Source: Octopus sinensis (lineage: Eukaryota). From it: DNA of 64,000 nucleotides. This document shows, one piece after another, positions 12,544 through 25,221 of the stretch. The translations under genes were made by a program, and so were the position numbers. The stretch spans positions 80,290,001-80,354,000 of the forward strand of contig NC_043004.1 in NCBI RefSeq assembly GCF_006345805.1, in the 5' to 3' direction. Within the stretch, counting starts at the first letter, position 1, and each line of letters starts with the position of its first letter. Below the pieces are notes generated by a model, which was not told where the DNA came from, searched no databases, and saw only the letters and a program-made list of their open reading frames with translations.

Positions 12544-15500
12544 CACCGGGGGACTTTTAAGATGTAAGAAGGAAAATTCAGAGCTCCGAAACCTATCCAC
12601 AAACATCGAAAACAAGGACATCCTATGGAGCCAAAGTTTTACTAACAAAGAATTGGACTGTATCCGAGTAAGTAATACAAATTGAAATTTATTACTATTT
12701 TCGAAACGAAATGATGTATTTTGACTCGATATCATCTCCACTCTAACGCAACACATGTAAACATGCGTGAAACATCACGATCATCTCCGACCCCAAACAC
12801 CATGTACAAAGGAACTACGAAGAAATTAAATGCCACCGATACTATTCAACCCAAGAATAACAATCGAGCGGTACGTACATTAAACCTACAACAAAAAATG
12901 TACGAAAAACTACACGTGCGAAATAATGTGACAACAGAAATAAACGGACGGTATCCTACGAAAATGACGACCGTCAAAATAATGGGCCGGACGTTGTACC
13001 TCATGTCCCGCAAATAAAACCCAAAAAGAGTAAATGGACACGTGTGAGGAATACATTTCTATCTTACACGCATACTTCACAGCAGTACTCTACCCAAAAA
13101 TGAAAATACAACAACACATACATATAAAATATGGAAGGAAAATAATAGAGATTTACTTGGATACAGCAATGAACACTAATAAATTAGCTAACGTACGAAG
13201 ATACATTCTCAACACAAAAAAAAATATCAGAAATAGAAATAGAACACCTAAAAGAAAACATACACCAAGAAAATGTAGATAGAAGCCACACAACAATGCC
13301 CAATAATATAAACACTGAAACTGTAAAACACGAAGACAAACGCAACATTCCCAACAAACACGATGTAAACAACGAAGGGGAGCCTAATGATTATGATAAT
13401 ATAAAAAAAAAATAATCAAAGAACTAAAAACCACAGAGCTCAAAATGGACCACCGACCATACCTCCCAAGAATAAAAATAAACGCAATAACAACACCAAT
13501 TATAAACAACATAAACCTAGCCGTCACTGAACTAGCCACTGAAACAAAAAAAAGTGATATCACTGAACTAAATGACTTGATATACGCAGCAGCCACTGCA
13601 GCCACACAAAGAAGCTGGATACTCACCCAAACCCGCCCAAACAGGAGTACCACCACCCCCAAACAAACCCTGTGGATAAATAACATCCAAAACAAAATAA
13701 AAAAATTAGAAAAGACCTGTCGATTCTTAATGAAATCAGCAAACAAGCAACGCTACTGAGCAACAAAAAGAGAACAAAAATGCTCCGCAAATATAACACC
13801 ACAGAAAAAGATTTGCCGGAGATAAAAGAAAAGCTGAAGCAAGATATCCTTGCCAAAGCTCAAAGGATCCGCCGGTACGAGAAACGCCAACGCTTCTTTG
13901 AACAGAACAAAAAGTTCAACTCCGACCCCAAAAAGTTCTACCAAGAACTGGGCAAAAATAAAATAGAAGTCACTGCAGCACCAACGGCAGAAGAATTGGA
14001 AGAATTCTGGGGAGAAATATGGTCGGCGAACGAACCACACAAAAAAAAGGAGTATCAAAATAACAAACTCGGCATCTGAACAAACTTGGACCCATAACAA
14101 CTGAAGAGGTCACCCAGGCACTGCAAAGACTAAGCAACTGGAAGGCACCTGGGCATGACAAGATCCCCAACTTCTGGTTGAAATATCTAACAGGAATGCA
14201 CAAAAAGCTGGCTGAAAACTTTAACAACGTACTAGCAGAGCCAGAGACAATGCCTGAATGGCTCACGAAGGGGAAAACCATCTAATTCCCAAATCAAATG
14301 AAACAGAAAAACCAGAAAACTACAGACCAATAACCTGCCTCCCTACTATGTTCAAGGCATTTACTGCAGTGATATCACAAAGGCTGAACAAGCACCTGGA
14401 CGAATACAAACTGTTCCCAGAAGAGCAGAAAGGATGCCGCAAAGGCTCATATGGCTGTAAAGATCAACTAATCATAAATAAAGCCATAACTGAAGACAGC
14501 CACAGAAAGAAGAAAGGCCTCAGTATGGCCTGGATTGACTACAAAAGGCGTTTGATAGCATCCCCCACACATGGATCCTCGAACACTAGCCATTAACAAA
14601 GTAGCACCAACAATCATAAAATTCATAGAGTACTCTATGAATAAATGGCAAACAGTCCTACACCTCCAAACAAAAGAGGGACTCATGAAAACCAAAGACA
14701 TCCCATTAGAAGAGGAATATTCCAGGGAGATACGCTCTCTCCACTCCTTTTCTGCTTGGCACTGTCACTCTATCTGATATGCTAAATAGAACTGGATGCG
14801 GATATAAAAGTTACGGCAAAACGATCAGCCACCTTTTATATATGGATGACCTAAAACTATAACGCTGCAAATGAATGACAAACAGCTGGAAACACTATTA
14901 AAGACAGTTCATGGATTTACCAAAGAAATAGATATGAAATTTGGATTAGAAAAATGCGCCAAAGTAACCATGAAAAGAGGAAAACTAGTTAAGAGTAACA
15001 ACATCACACTAGATGAAGCAAATGAAATAAAAGAATTAGACCAAAGCCAAACTTACAAATACTTAGGAATCCATGAACTAGATAAGACACAACACACAAA
15101 TGAAAGAGAAAATTAAAAAGAATATTATAGACGAGTTAGATCAATACTAAAAACAGAGCTCAATGCTAAAAACAAGATATAGGTATCAACACTTTAGGCT
15201 GTCCAGTTATAAGTTACAGCTACAACATCCTTAACTGGACACGAAATGAACTGACCAAAATAGACAGGAAAACAAGAAAAATAATGACAGGATCTAGGAT
15301 GCATCACCCAAAATCTGACATAGAAAGACTATATATACAACGTATAGAAGGTGGTAGAGGCCTTATACAGCTGGAAAACTACTATAAAATAACCACCATA
15401 GGACTGCAAAAATATCTACTTCAGAAGGAAGGAAAACTGATCCAGATAGCGGCAAAACACGAGCAAAACAAAAAACTGTTCTCAGTATTTAAGGAAGCTG

Positions 15501-16502
15501 ACAAATACAAACAAGAAATCATACCACCTAATAAAATGAAAGAAGAAGAAGAAGAAGAGATGAAGAAGAAACAACAAAAGCTATAAAAAAATGAAATCCA
15601 AACTAAAAATAGAACAGCAACGAACCATGAAAAACGATGGCAAGAAAAGCCCCTTCATGGTAAATACTGGACTAAACTAAACGCAAAAGAAATAGACAAA
15701 GAAAATCCCAGCAATGGTTGAGAAGCTCAGGACTCAAAGCAGAAACAGAGGGATTTTTAATTGCAGCACAAGACCAAAGCCTCCCCACCAGAAATAACAA
15801 AAACATGTAATGAAAAGAAATATTACAAGTAACTGCAGAATATGTGGAGATGGACAAGAAAACAATAAATCATATATCTCTAGCTGCCCAGTCCTGGCTA
15901 AGAAGGAATATATTCACAGACATGACAGAGTTGGAACTTACATACATTGGAAGCTATGCCAACATTATGGAATAACAACAGAAAAAAGATGGTATAGGCA
16001 CACACCAGAAAAGGTCACAGAAAACGAGAAAACAACCATACTCTGGGATATGCCGATACACACAGATAGAGAAATAAGGCCAACAGACCAGATATAGTTG
16101 TCAGAGACCATGAAGAAAAAAAATGCTTTCTAATTGATGTATCAGTACCGGCAGATGACAACGTGTCTCTAAAAGAAATGGAGAAACTCTCAAAATACAA
16201 AGACCTGGAAATAGAGGTAACTAGAATGTGGAATCTGAAAACAGAAACAATTCCTATCATAGTAGGTGCATTAGGCATGATAAAAAAATATTCAGACAAA
16301 TACATAACAAAAACACCAGGACTTACAAACACATATAACATACAGAAAATTGCACTACTAGGCACTGCACACATCCTACGCAGAACACTTTCCATACAAT
16401 AACCATCAGAGCATCACAACAAATCACAGCACATACCCAAGGCACACAGAGCTGCGCTCGGTAGTGAAGTGAAAGCACGCTATAAAAATAAAAATAAAAC
16501 TA

Positions 16503-16505
<3 letters not shown>
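12541..16505 (+). mobile_element. Near full-length R4/Dong-type non-LTR retrotransposon (RT plus restriction-like endonuclease), frameshifted
   Basis: RT motifs KAPGHDKIPNFWLK, ENYRPITCLPT, EQKGCRKG, WIDYKKAFD, GIFQGD, YMDD; CRICG...SCPVLA...RHDRV zinc knuckle; PDIVV...FLIDVSVP...KEMEKLSKY endonuclease; (AAT)n at 12509-12540 and 16506-16535. Confidence 0.95.
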
Positions 16506-16537
<32 letters not shown>

Positions 16538-16564
16538 CAGGAGATCCAGCAGCTGAAGTGATAT

Positions 16565-16604
16565 AAGTGGTTGTCGAGGTGGTGGTGGTGGTAGTAGTAG
16601 TAGT

Positions 16605-16661
<57 letters not shown>

Positions 16662-16760
16662 GGTGGTGGTTTTAGTAATAGTAGTAGTAGCAGTAGTTTT
16701 AGTAGTAGTGGTGGTGGTGGTTGTGGTGGTGGTTTTGGAGGTGGTAGTTGTAGTAGTAGT
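16565..16760. repeat. Compound GTG/GTA/GCA trinucleotide microsatellite
   Basis: Direct reading; accounts for the poly-V and poly-L ORFs. Confidence 0.95.
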
Positions 16761-17139
16761 TCCTGATCAATATCCAGTGCGTTGCAGACGACGCCATCAT
16801 TTGCCATAACACTTCATCTGCGCTACTAATTGACACAGCAGGGGAGACGCTACGTGGAACATTTTTTATGTTTTGTGCGACATATTTTATTATGGCGATA
16901 GAATGTGGAAGAATGTGTCTGTTAATGATAATTGCATTGGTTTTTCAGAGTCTGTTGAGTGACATGCGTTGAGGTGGTTCCATGTTGCAGCAGAATTATA
17001 AGGAAAGAAATAGTAGAAATTAAAAGTCAAAAAAAGACAAAACAAGATGGCGGAAGAAAAAACACGAAAATACAATCTCGATAAAAAGTCAAGTGTTGAA
17101 TTTTATATATGTACATGCATGGTGTGTGTGTGTGTGTGT

Positions 17140-17170
<31 letters not shown>

Positions 17171-17284
17171 AGTGAGAGTGAGAGTGTGTGCGTGTGCGTG
17201 TGTGCGTGTGCGTGTGCGTGTGCGTGTGTGTGTGTGTGTGCATGTGTGTGTATTTACGTTTTATACCTATCTACATACATATAT

Positions 17285-17697
17285 GCAGGCGGGGCTGTAT
17301 GGTAAGAAGCTTGCTTCCCAACCTCAAGGTTCCGAGTTCAGGCCCACTGCGTGGCACCTTGGGCAAGTGTCTTCTACAATAGACTCAGGCTAACCAAAGC
17401 CTTGTGTGTAGATTTGGTAGGTGGAAACTGAAAGAAGCCCGTCATATATATTCTTCTATTTGTTTCAGCTGTTTGACTGCGGCTATGCTAAAGCAACGCC
17501 TTTTAGTCGAAGAAAAAGACCCAGAACTTATTCTTTGTAAGCCTGATACCTATTCTATCGGTTATTTTTGCCGAACCGCTAAGTTACGAGGACGTAAACA
17601 CACTAACATTGGTGTCAAGCGATGATGGGGGACAAACATGGACACAAAGACACACACATATATACATACGTATATATATATATATCTATATATATAT

Positions 17698-17742
<45 letters not shown>

Positions 17743-17900
17743 GACAGGCTTCTTTCAGTTTCTGTCTACCAGATCCACTCACAAGGCTTTGGTTGGCCAG
17801 GCTATAGTAGAAGACACTCGCCCAAAGTGCCACGCAGTGGGGTGAACCCGAAACCACGTGGTTGGGAAGCATGCTTCTTTACCACAAAACACACCTGCAC
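17285..17900. mobile_element. Two SINE family B copies in opposite orientation
   Basis: Plus-strand 5' part at 17285-17447 next to a minus-strand copy at ~17455-17900. Confidence 0.8.
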
Positions 17901-18191
17901 CATGTTTATGTGTGTGTGTGTATACATACATGCATTCATATATATATATATATATATATATATAGAAAATATTAAAATTACTATGTCTCTCTAAAGGAGA
18001 TTACGGCAGCGTTACTGGATATTAATAGTTATCGCCATACTAATATGGCAGTCCATAAATATAAGACTAAAGCTGTCGCTGGTTAGCTCCAAGAGGTCAT
18101 CGCCTCTAGCTAGCTATATGACACACGAACCTGCGTCCATTACAACCTTCGAACAGGGGAGGTCAGCCGTTTCACCTTGCTCGTCAGACAT

Positions 18192-18232
18192 CTGCAGACA
18201 TGTTTCAGGGTTGTTGCTCTTTATCAATGCAG
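18192..18232 (-). ncRNA. Minimal hammerhead ribozyme, U3-A8 variant (left arm)
   Basis: Minus strand: CUGCA-UUGAUAA-AGAG CAACAA CCCU-GAAAC-AU-GUC/UGCAG. Confidence 0.75.
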
Positions 18233-18473
18233 CGCAGTCAGACCCAGTAGGTGTCGCTACTGACCGTCTGTTCGAAGATTTTATTTACCTAGTTACAGTG
18301 GAATACATCTACTTGGTTTCAATAATAGAAATATTAAAATTACTAAGTCCCTCTAAAGGAGATTACGGCATCGTTACTGGATATTAATAGTTATCGCAAT
18401 ACTAATACTGTAACTAGGTAAATAAAATCTTCGAACAGACGGTCAGTAGCGACACCTACTGGGTCTGACTACG

Positions 18474-18513
18474 CTGCATTGATAAAGAGCAACAATCTGA
18501 AACATGTCTGCAG
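18474..18513 (+). ncRNA. Minimal hammerhead ribozyme, U3-A8 variant (right arm)
   Basis: CTGCA-TTGATAA-AGA GCAACAA TCT-GAAAC-AT-GTC/TGCAG; 5-bp helix I, palindromic helix III ACAUGU. Confidence 0.8.
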
Positions 18514-18680
18514 ATGTCTGACGAGCAAGGTGAATCGACTGACCTCCCCTGTTCGAAGGTTGTAATGGACGCAGGTTCGTGGTGTCATATAGCTAGCTAG
18601 AGGCGATGGCCTCTTGGAGCTAATCAGCGACAGCTTTAGTCTTATATTTATGGACTGCCATATTACTATGGCGATAACTA

Positions 18681-18721
<41 letters not shown>

Positions 18722-18722
<1 letters not shown>

Positions 18723-19114
18723 CTTTATATATAAAAGTGAGGTTGTGTGTCTGTCTCCTACGATTTAGATTCCTAACTACTCCCACATTTTGCGGTGCAG
18801 TTTAACCAAAACCGGGTATCTATAGTCGTGATTCATATCGAGCCCTTTGGGTATTAGCGCGCGTCTACGATGAGTCTACGATTTAAAAAAAAATTACCAT
18901 CATTTTTTTCCATTTAATGCATTTTTTTCGCTATTATATAAGGGAAGTAACTCTCTAAAAATGTCTACGATGAGTCAACGATTTAAAAAAAAATTTGCCA
19001 TCATTTTTTTTCATTTTCAATGCATTTTTTGCTATTTTTTCGCTATAACTCTCTAAAAATGCTTATATAGTTATTTCCCTTACAAACCCGAGCAACGCCG
19101 GGCGATACTGCGAG
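18722..19114 (+). mobile_element. Non-autonomous Helitron-like element
   Basis: 5' TC start (a|tctttatatataaaag), 3' hairpin cccgagcaacgccggg then ctgcgag|t; internal direct repeats gtctacgatgagtc; lies between TA runs. Confidence 0.75.
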
Positions 19115-19130
19115 TATATAATATATATAG

Positions 19131-19187
<57 letters not shown>

Positions 19188-19379
19188 ATGACGCATGCGT
19201 GGTTGTGTGGTAAAGAATGCGTCTCCTGTCTGTGTTGTACCTCACGACATCCTGACAACTGGTGTTCGTGTGTTTACGTCTCTGTAACAAAGCGGTTCGG
19301 CAAAAGTCAACGATAGACTAAGTGCCAGACTTTGAAAAAGTTCTGGGATCTGTAGTCTTCGAATTAGCTTTCTCCTTTC

Positions 19380-20095
19380 TGGTTTTGAGAAGCCTAATAT
19401 CTTAAGATTGGTATTTAGGCAGTGTGTTATATTCCAGCGCCCCAATAATTACAGGTATAAACCTGAACTTGTAACTTGGATAGAGTAACTGCAGATATCT
19501 CAAAGGTTCAGCATAGGTGTTCTCTTTTTCACTGATCTTCAGCTTTATGTTAATATCCTCTGGGAAGCAAGTTTTCACAACTCTGCACAGTTTCTCTTCT
19601 CTATCCTAAACCATTATATCAAGTCTATTGAGCTTACATTTTATTGAGGTCTTCACTGGTACATTCCGCTAGTATTCCTTTTTATTATGAGTGACAATGG
19701 CTTCTACCATACTGTGGGTTCTTATTTCTTTGTCCTTGGGATTATCCTTTCAATGGATTTCATTATAGAGTGTCCTAGCTACAACATCATGTATAATATG
19801 ATGACATTTTCGGACAACAGCTTATAACGTGGTTGATATCTTCAGTGTGATGTACACAAAGTCTGCATTGGTTGTCACATTTTACTGCTTTTCCTGCATC
19901 TCTATCACTTTTTTGCATCAGGTATTTGGTTGATATTTCCTGTTCCTCGATTGCAAACGCATAAAGTTGGAGCTAGTAATCCGGCTATTGCTCCATTAGA
20001 GACTGCATTAATGATCAATGTTATCATCTCTGAGCTTTCTACTAACATATCCATGCATAGTCTTCTTCTCACATAGGCCCATCCTTTCATCTGAT
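19380..20095 (-). mobile_element. Degraded R4/Dong-type retrotransposon C-terminal fragment
   Basis: Minus-strand translation: AFAIEEQEISTKYL...CRLCVHHTEDINHVISCCPK...HDVV...NRLDIMV...EKENTY...FIPVIIGAL. Confidence 0.8.
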
Positions 20096-20099
20096 GATA

Positions 20100-20310
20100 A
20101 GTTGCGGCAGAAACGTTAGCACGCCGGGCGAAATGCTTTGCCGTATTTCGTCTGCCGTTACGTTCTAAGTTCAAATTCCGCCAATGTCGACTTTGCCTTT
20201 CATCTTTTCGGGGTCGATTAAATAAGTACCATTTACGCACTGGGGTCGATATAATCGACTTAATCCGTTTGTCTGTCCTTGTTTGTCCCCTCTGGGCAGT
20301 AAAGAAATAA
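20100..20310 (+). mobile_element. SINE family A
   Basis: Same core and tail as 1363-1591. Confidence 0.85.
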
Positions 20311-21289
20311 GAAACGTTAGTAAGCTGGGCAAAATGCTTAGCGGCAATTCGTCAGTCTTTACGTTCTGAGTTCGAATTCCGCCGAGGTCGATTTAACCTT
20401 TCAACTTTTCGGAGTCCGTAAAAAAGTACAAGTTGAATACTGGGGTCGATGTAATCCATTAACCCCACCCCACCCCCAAATGTTCAGGTTTTGCGTCTAT
20501 AGTAGATTATTTCACTTACAAAAGTGGCAAGCTGGCAGAATAATTAGAGCGACGGGCAAAATGCTTGAAGCATTTGTTTTGGTTCTTTATGTTTTGAGTT
20601 CAAATCCCGCCGAGGTCAATTTCGACTTTTATCTTTCCGAGGAAGGTGAGAGTAGAGAGGGAGGGAAGTTTTGTCTCGTGAATGTTTCAAAAAAAGATGG
20701 ATGAATGTGGCAAGGATGGCACGTGTGAATGACGGAGCCAGCTTGAGTATAATCCTATGAACCAAAAAAAAAAAAACGAAAGGAAAAAAGAGAGCCACTT
20801 ATTGTAATGTGCTTTCTTTTTGCATGACACTATTGCCCAAGGTTCCCGTGGTCTTTTCCGTAGGCTTTTCTATCCACGGACAAACCTAATCTGCTTTCCC
20901 GTTTTACATTGACATCTCTGTGGTACATGATACATATTGATTGTCCCCACGGTTTTTTTCACGATCCCTTTTGATCGGAATTCGACCCCTTTTTTATTTT
21001 CCTTCTCTTCTTACCAAAAAGAAAAGCTCTACTTTGTATTTTGTCACTTCTGTGTTCAGCCCTGCGTAACCAATAAAGAAATCTATCTTGCCGAGTTCAA
21101 TAAAATAAAGTAGCAGTCAAATTATGGGGTCGATCGTATCGACTAATAACCTTTACTTGAAATTTTTGGCCTAGTGCCTAACCGAGAAACCATTATTTGA
21201 CATGCGTATGTATTTCCAAACGTTCAGTTTATTATCACGAGTTCTAGAGTTCTAAACGAGTGAATAACATTAAGGAATGTTGTAAGAAT

Positions 21290-21620
21290 AAATGGTAAGT
21301 TATTGGATTAGAAGAAAAATTAGCAATAATTACCCTACATGAAAGCAGTGCTACCAAAACTAGCAGAGATACAGAACCAGTTATCGGTAAATGAACAGAG
21401 CGTTATATTGCTCAGAACATAAAGATTTATAAAGAATCTAGAACAAAGCACCGTTTCTTCATCGAATTTCAAAACAACAAGAATGGATTGCAATGATTGA
21501 AATGGAACGTAATTTGTTAATTGGAATCGAAGATTGCAATCAAAAGCGAATTCCTTTGTGTCAAAAGATCATCAAAATGAAGGCTGTCAGTTTGTTGGCA
21601 GGAATTCCAGTTCAAAGAAA
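21290..21620 (+). mobile_element. Tigger/pogo-like transposase fragment
   Basis: LEEKLAII...MERNLLIGIEDCNQKRIPL...KAVSL resembles the CENP-B-type HTH region of Tigger transposases. Confidence 0.6.
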
Positions 21621-21791
21621 ACGGAGAGGAGAAAACGAAACTTATGATAAAACTAGCGAAACCGTTTTTGGAAGTTCTACAATGCCATACAATTTTCGCA
21701 AACAATATGGTTTTAGAGTTATGATACAATGCACAAAGATTAGCAATAGTGCAGAAGTCAGATAAGCCGCCGAACTATATGTACGTACATA

Positions 21792-21989
21792 GGGCGGCGA
21801 GCTGGCAGAATAGTTAACGTCTGTCGCTACGTTCTGAGTTCAAATTCCGCCGAGATCCACTTTGCCTTTCATCCTTTCGGGGTCGATAAATTAAGTACCA
21901 GTTACGCACCGGGGTCGAAGTAATCGACTTAATTCCTTTGTCTGTCCTTGTTCGTCCCCTCTATGTTTAGCCCTCTGTAGGCAATAAAG

Positions 21990-21990
<1 letters not shown>
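21792..21990 (+). mobile_element. SINE family A
   Basis: Head, core and tail match, with a short internal deletion. Confidence 0.85.
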
Positions 21991-22224
<234 letters not shown>

Positions 22225-22225
<1 letters not shown>

Positions 22226-22366
22226 TCGGTGAAAGTGAGTGGCTTAGTGGTTAAGGCATTCGGTTCACGATCCTAAAGCCGTGAGCTCGATTTCAGGCGG
22301 TGCGTTGTTCCCTGGAGCAAGACATTTTATTTCGCGTTGCTCCAGTCCACTCAGCCGGTAAAAATG
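22225..22366 (+). mobile_element. SINE family C, 5' part
   Basis: A-box-like gtggcttagtggttaagg, then ttgctccagtccactcagc. Confidence 0.7.
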
Positions 22367-23255
22367 CTACTGCTTGAGTGTTGTGGACCATATATGATGT
22401 GTTGTCTTGAGAGGATGGTTAGGCCTGTTTTTGCTTTGTGCTAGAAAACCACAACGACAGGTAAGGTTTCCATTTAGAGATGCAGTGATTTGCCAGCGTG
22501 TCTTCATGCTTGCACGAAGTTGGTTCCGATGCTGGAGTCGACTTTGTCCAAATCTTTGAACTGGGACAATCTCCCACTTCAACACAGTGTTCATTTTTTC
22601 TGCCATGTTTTGGAAGAAGAAAAGTTCACACGAAAAAAAATCTTCAAATACTTGAAGAAAAACACAAAAAAAGTAAAGCAGGAAGAAGGAAAGAAAACAG
22701 TCCAAAACACAGCAACTTCAACCTTCCGGCCAACTGGTACCCCCGGCCAACTGGTATAGCAACAGGGGCACAGCAACCGGAACACAGCTTCATAAATTTC
22801 ACCAATAAATTGATACAAAAATTGGAAAAAAAAACAAAACAATTCCATCATTTTTGGAGGTGGGATTCGCCCCAAAAATACTGCATACAATCTTCCAGCC
22901 ACCGGTACACCAGGCCAACCAAATAGTAGCATGGGCACAGCAACAGGAACACAAAAACAACAAAGTTCACAATTTTCTGGAGGAGGAATACGCCCCCAAA
23001 ACAACACAATTCTCACCGCTAAGTGAGACACGAAGCACAACTACAGGCTCACAAATGCCCAGAATTCAGTAGAGATTTCTCGTTCGAAAAACGAAACCCA
23101 AAAATCAAACGTCTTACCTTGTAGATGAGCTTCACTTAATTCAATTATTCGCTACGCTGCAAACCAACGACGCGATCTCCTTCAGTGTGAAGAAAAACAC
23201 TCACAACAACGCATGCGCGGAAGCAAGCTTTTTACCACACAGCAACTTCTGCGCC

Positions 23256-23327
<72 letters not shown>

Positions 23328-23329
23328 AG

Positions 23330-23397
<68 letters not shown>

Positions 23398-23430
23398 GAT
23401 ACGTAGATAGACAGACAGACAGACGGACAA

Positions 23431-23502
<72 letters not shown>

Positions 23503-23505
23503 TAC

Positions 23506-23537
<32 letters not shown>

Positions 23538-23801
23538 ATAGATAGATCAAACTTACTTAGAAGAGGATGCGTGACGTTCAATCATATAATAATATAAATA
23601 ATATATGTATATTATTTATAGACCTTCTAACTATAAATGCTCTAATATCTACACACCCTTGGTCTTTTATCTTATTACGCAAAAAATTCTTATATATATA
23701 TATGTATGTATGTATGTATATATAGATATAGATATAGATATATATATATATATGTATATATATATGCATATATCCATACGTATATGTACATACATCTATA
23801 C

Positions 23802-23893
<92 letters not shown>

Positions 23894-23896
<3 letters not shown>

Positions 23897-24360
23897 TATA
23901 TGTCGGCACGGGATGTCACGAAAGGTGTACACCAAAAAAAAAAAATACGAAGTACGAGTACATGGAATATAAACTATTTTTTCGAACAACGAATGACACA
24001 AATGGAAAATAATACAAACAACATAAAGAACGACCCTTCATCAGTTGTTGGCTGTTTTTCTACTCTCGTATTTCGAACATTTAACAACAATATACGCTTT
24101 CCGTAAAACAGTTACTACCGCAAAGCAAATTAAATAAAATATGGGATTTTGCGGAGAGTCAAAGTTGGTAACACAAACAGGAAGGGCTGCTAAGCCTAGC
24201 CGAGGTTGTGGTCGCGAACGCTGGGTCGCTTTTTATATTGTTCGTCTTGTTTTCCATTTGGGTCTTTCGTTGTTTGAAAACATAGTTCATATTCCATGTA
24301 CTCGTACTTCGTGTTGTTTTTTCTCCGGTGTACACGTTTCACGACGTCCTGTGCCCACAT
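23894..24360. repeat. Diverged inverted repeat of a small dispersed element
   Basis: ~23894-24035 is an imperfect reverse complement of ~24222-24360; related copies at ~30070-30232 and ~58160-58345. Confidence 0.75.
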
Positions 24361-24361
24361 T

Positions 24362-24398
<37 letters not shown>

Positions 24399-24519
24399 CG
24401 TATAGATGTAAGTATGTACATATACGTATGTATATATGCATATATGTATGTCTGTCTGTCTGAATGTATGTGTATGTGTGTAAATATATATCTATATATA
24501 TACTCTTTACTCCTTTTAC

Positions 24520-24900
24520 TCTTTTACTTGTTTCAGTCATTTGACTGCGGCCATGCTGGAGCACCGCCTGTAATTGAGCAATTCGACCCCGGGACTTATT
24601 CTTTTGTAAGCCCAGTACTTATTCTATCGGTCTCTTTTGCCGAACCGCTAGGTAACGGGGACATAAACACCCCAGCATCGGTTGTCAAGCAATGCTAGGG
24701 GGACAAACACAACCACACAAACACACACGCGCATATATATACATATATATACGACGGGCTTCTTTCAGTTTCCGTCAACCAAATCCACTCACAAGGCTTT
24801 GGTCGGCCCGAGGCTATAGTAGAAGACACTTGCAGTGGGACTGAACCCGGAACCATGTGGTTGGTAAACAAGCTACTTACCACACAGCCACTCCAGTGCC
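24520..24900 (-). mobile_element. SINE family B, full copy
   Basis: Reverse complement of the family B consensus. Confidence 0.9.
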
Positions 24901-24919
24901 TATATACATATATATATAT

Positions 24920-24961
<42 letters not shown>

Positions 24962-25089
24962 TGGTGACGATGACTGGATGTAGGTCTCCGTCGTTTGAGT
25001 ATGGTGGTTTATTTGTTCGATCGACATTGTGGTTGAAAAAAATAACTTCCTACCCATTCGGCCAAGCTGCGCGTGTATTTGTGTGTGTG

Positions 25090-25126
<37 letters not shown>

Positions 25127-25186
25127 CTGCGACCTCTTTCTTTGATCATAGTTCCGCTCGATCAGGACTGATGCTGGTCCTAACCC

Positions 25187-25221
<35 letters not shown>

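Larger units (their letters stand above)
18019..18687. repeat. Long inverted repeat (~281-bp arms, ~107-bp spacer)
   Basis: 18019-18299 is the reverse complement of 18407-18687; spacer 18326-18406 directly duplicates 17963-18045. Confidence 0.95.

Noticed and set aside
24030-24050. Conserved CTGAYGAAGGG (also ~30091 and ~58285) as a hammerhead
   Set aside because: I could not find a properly placed GAAA, helix II closure and helix I in any copy.
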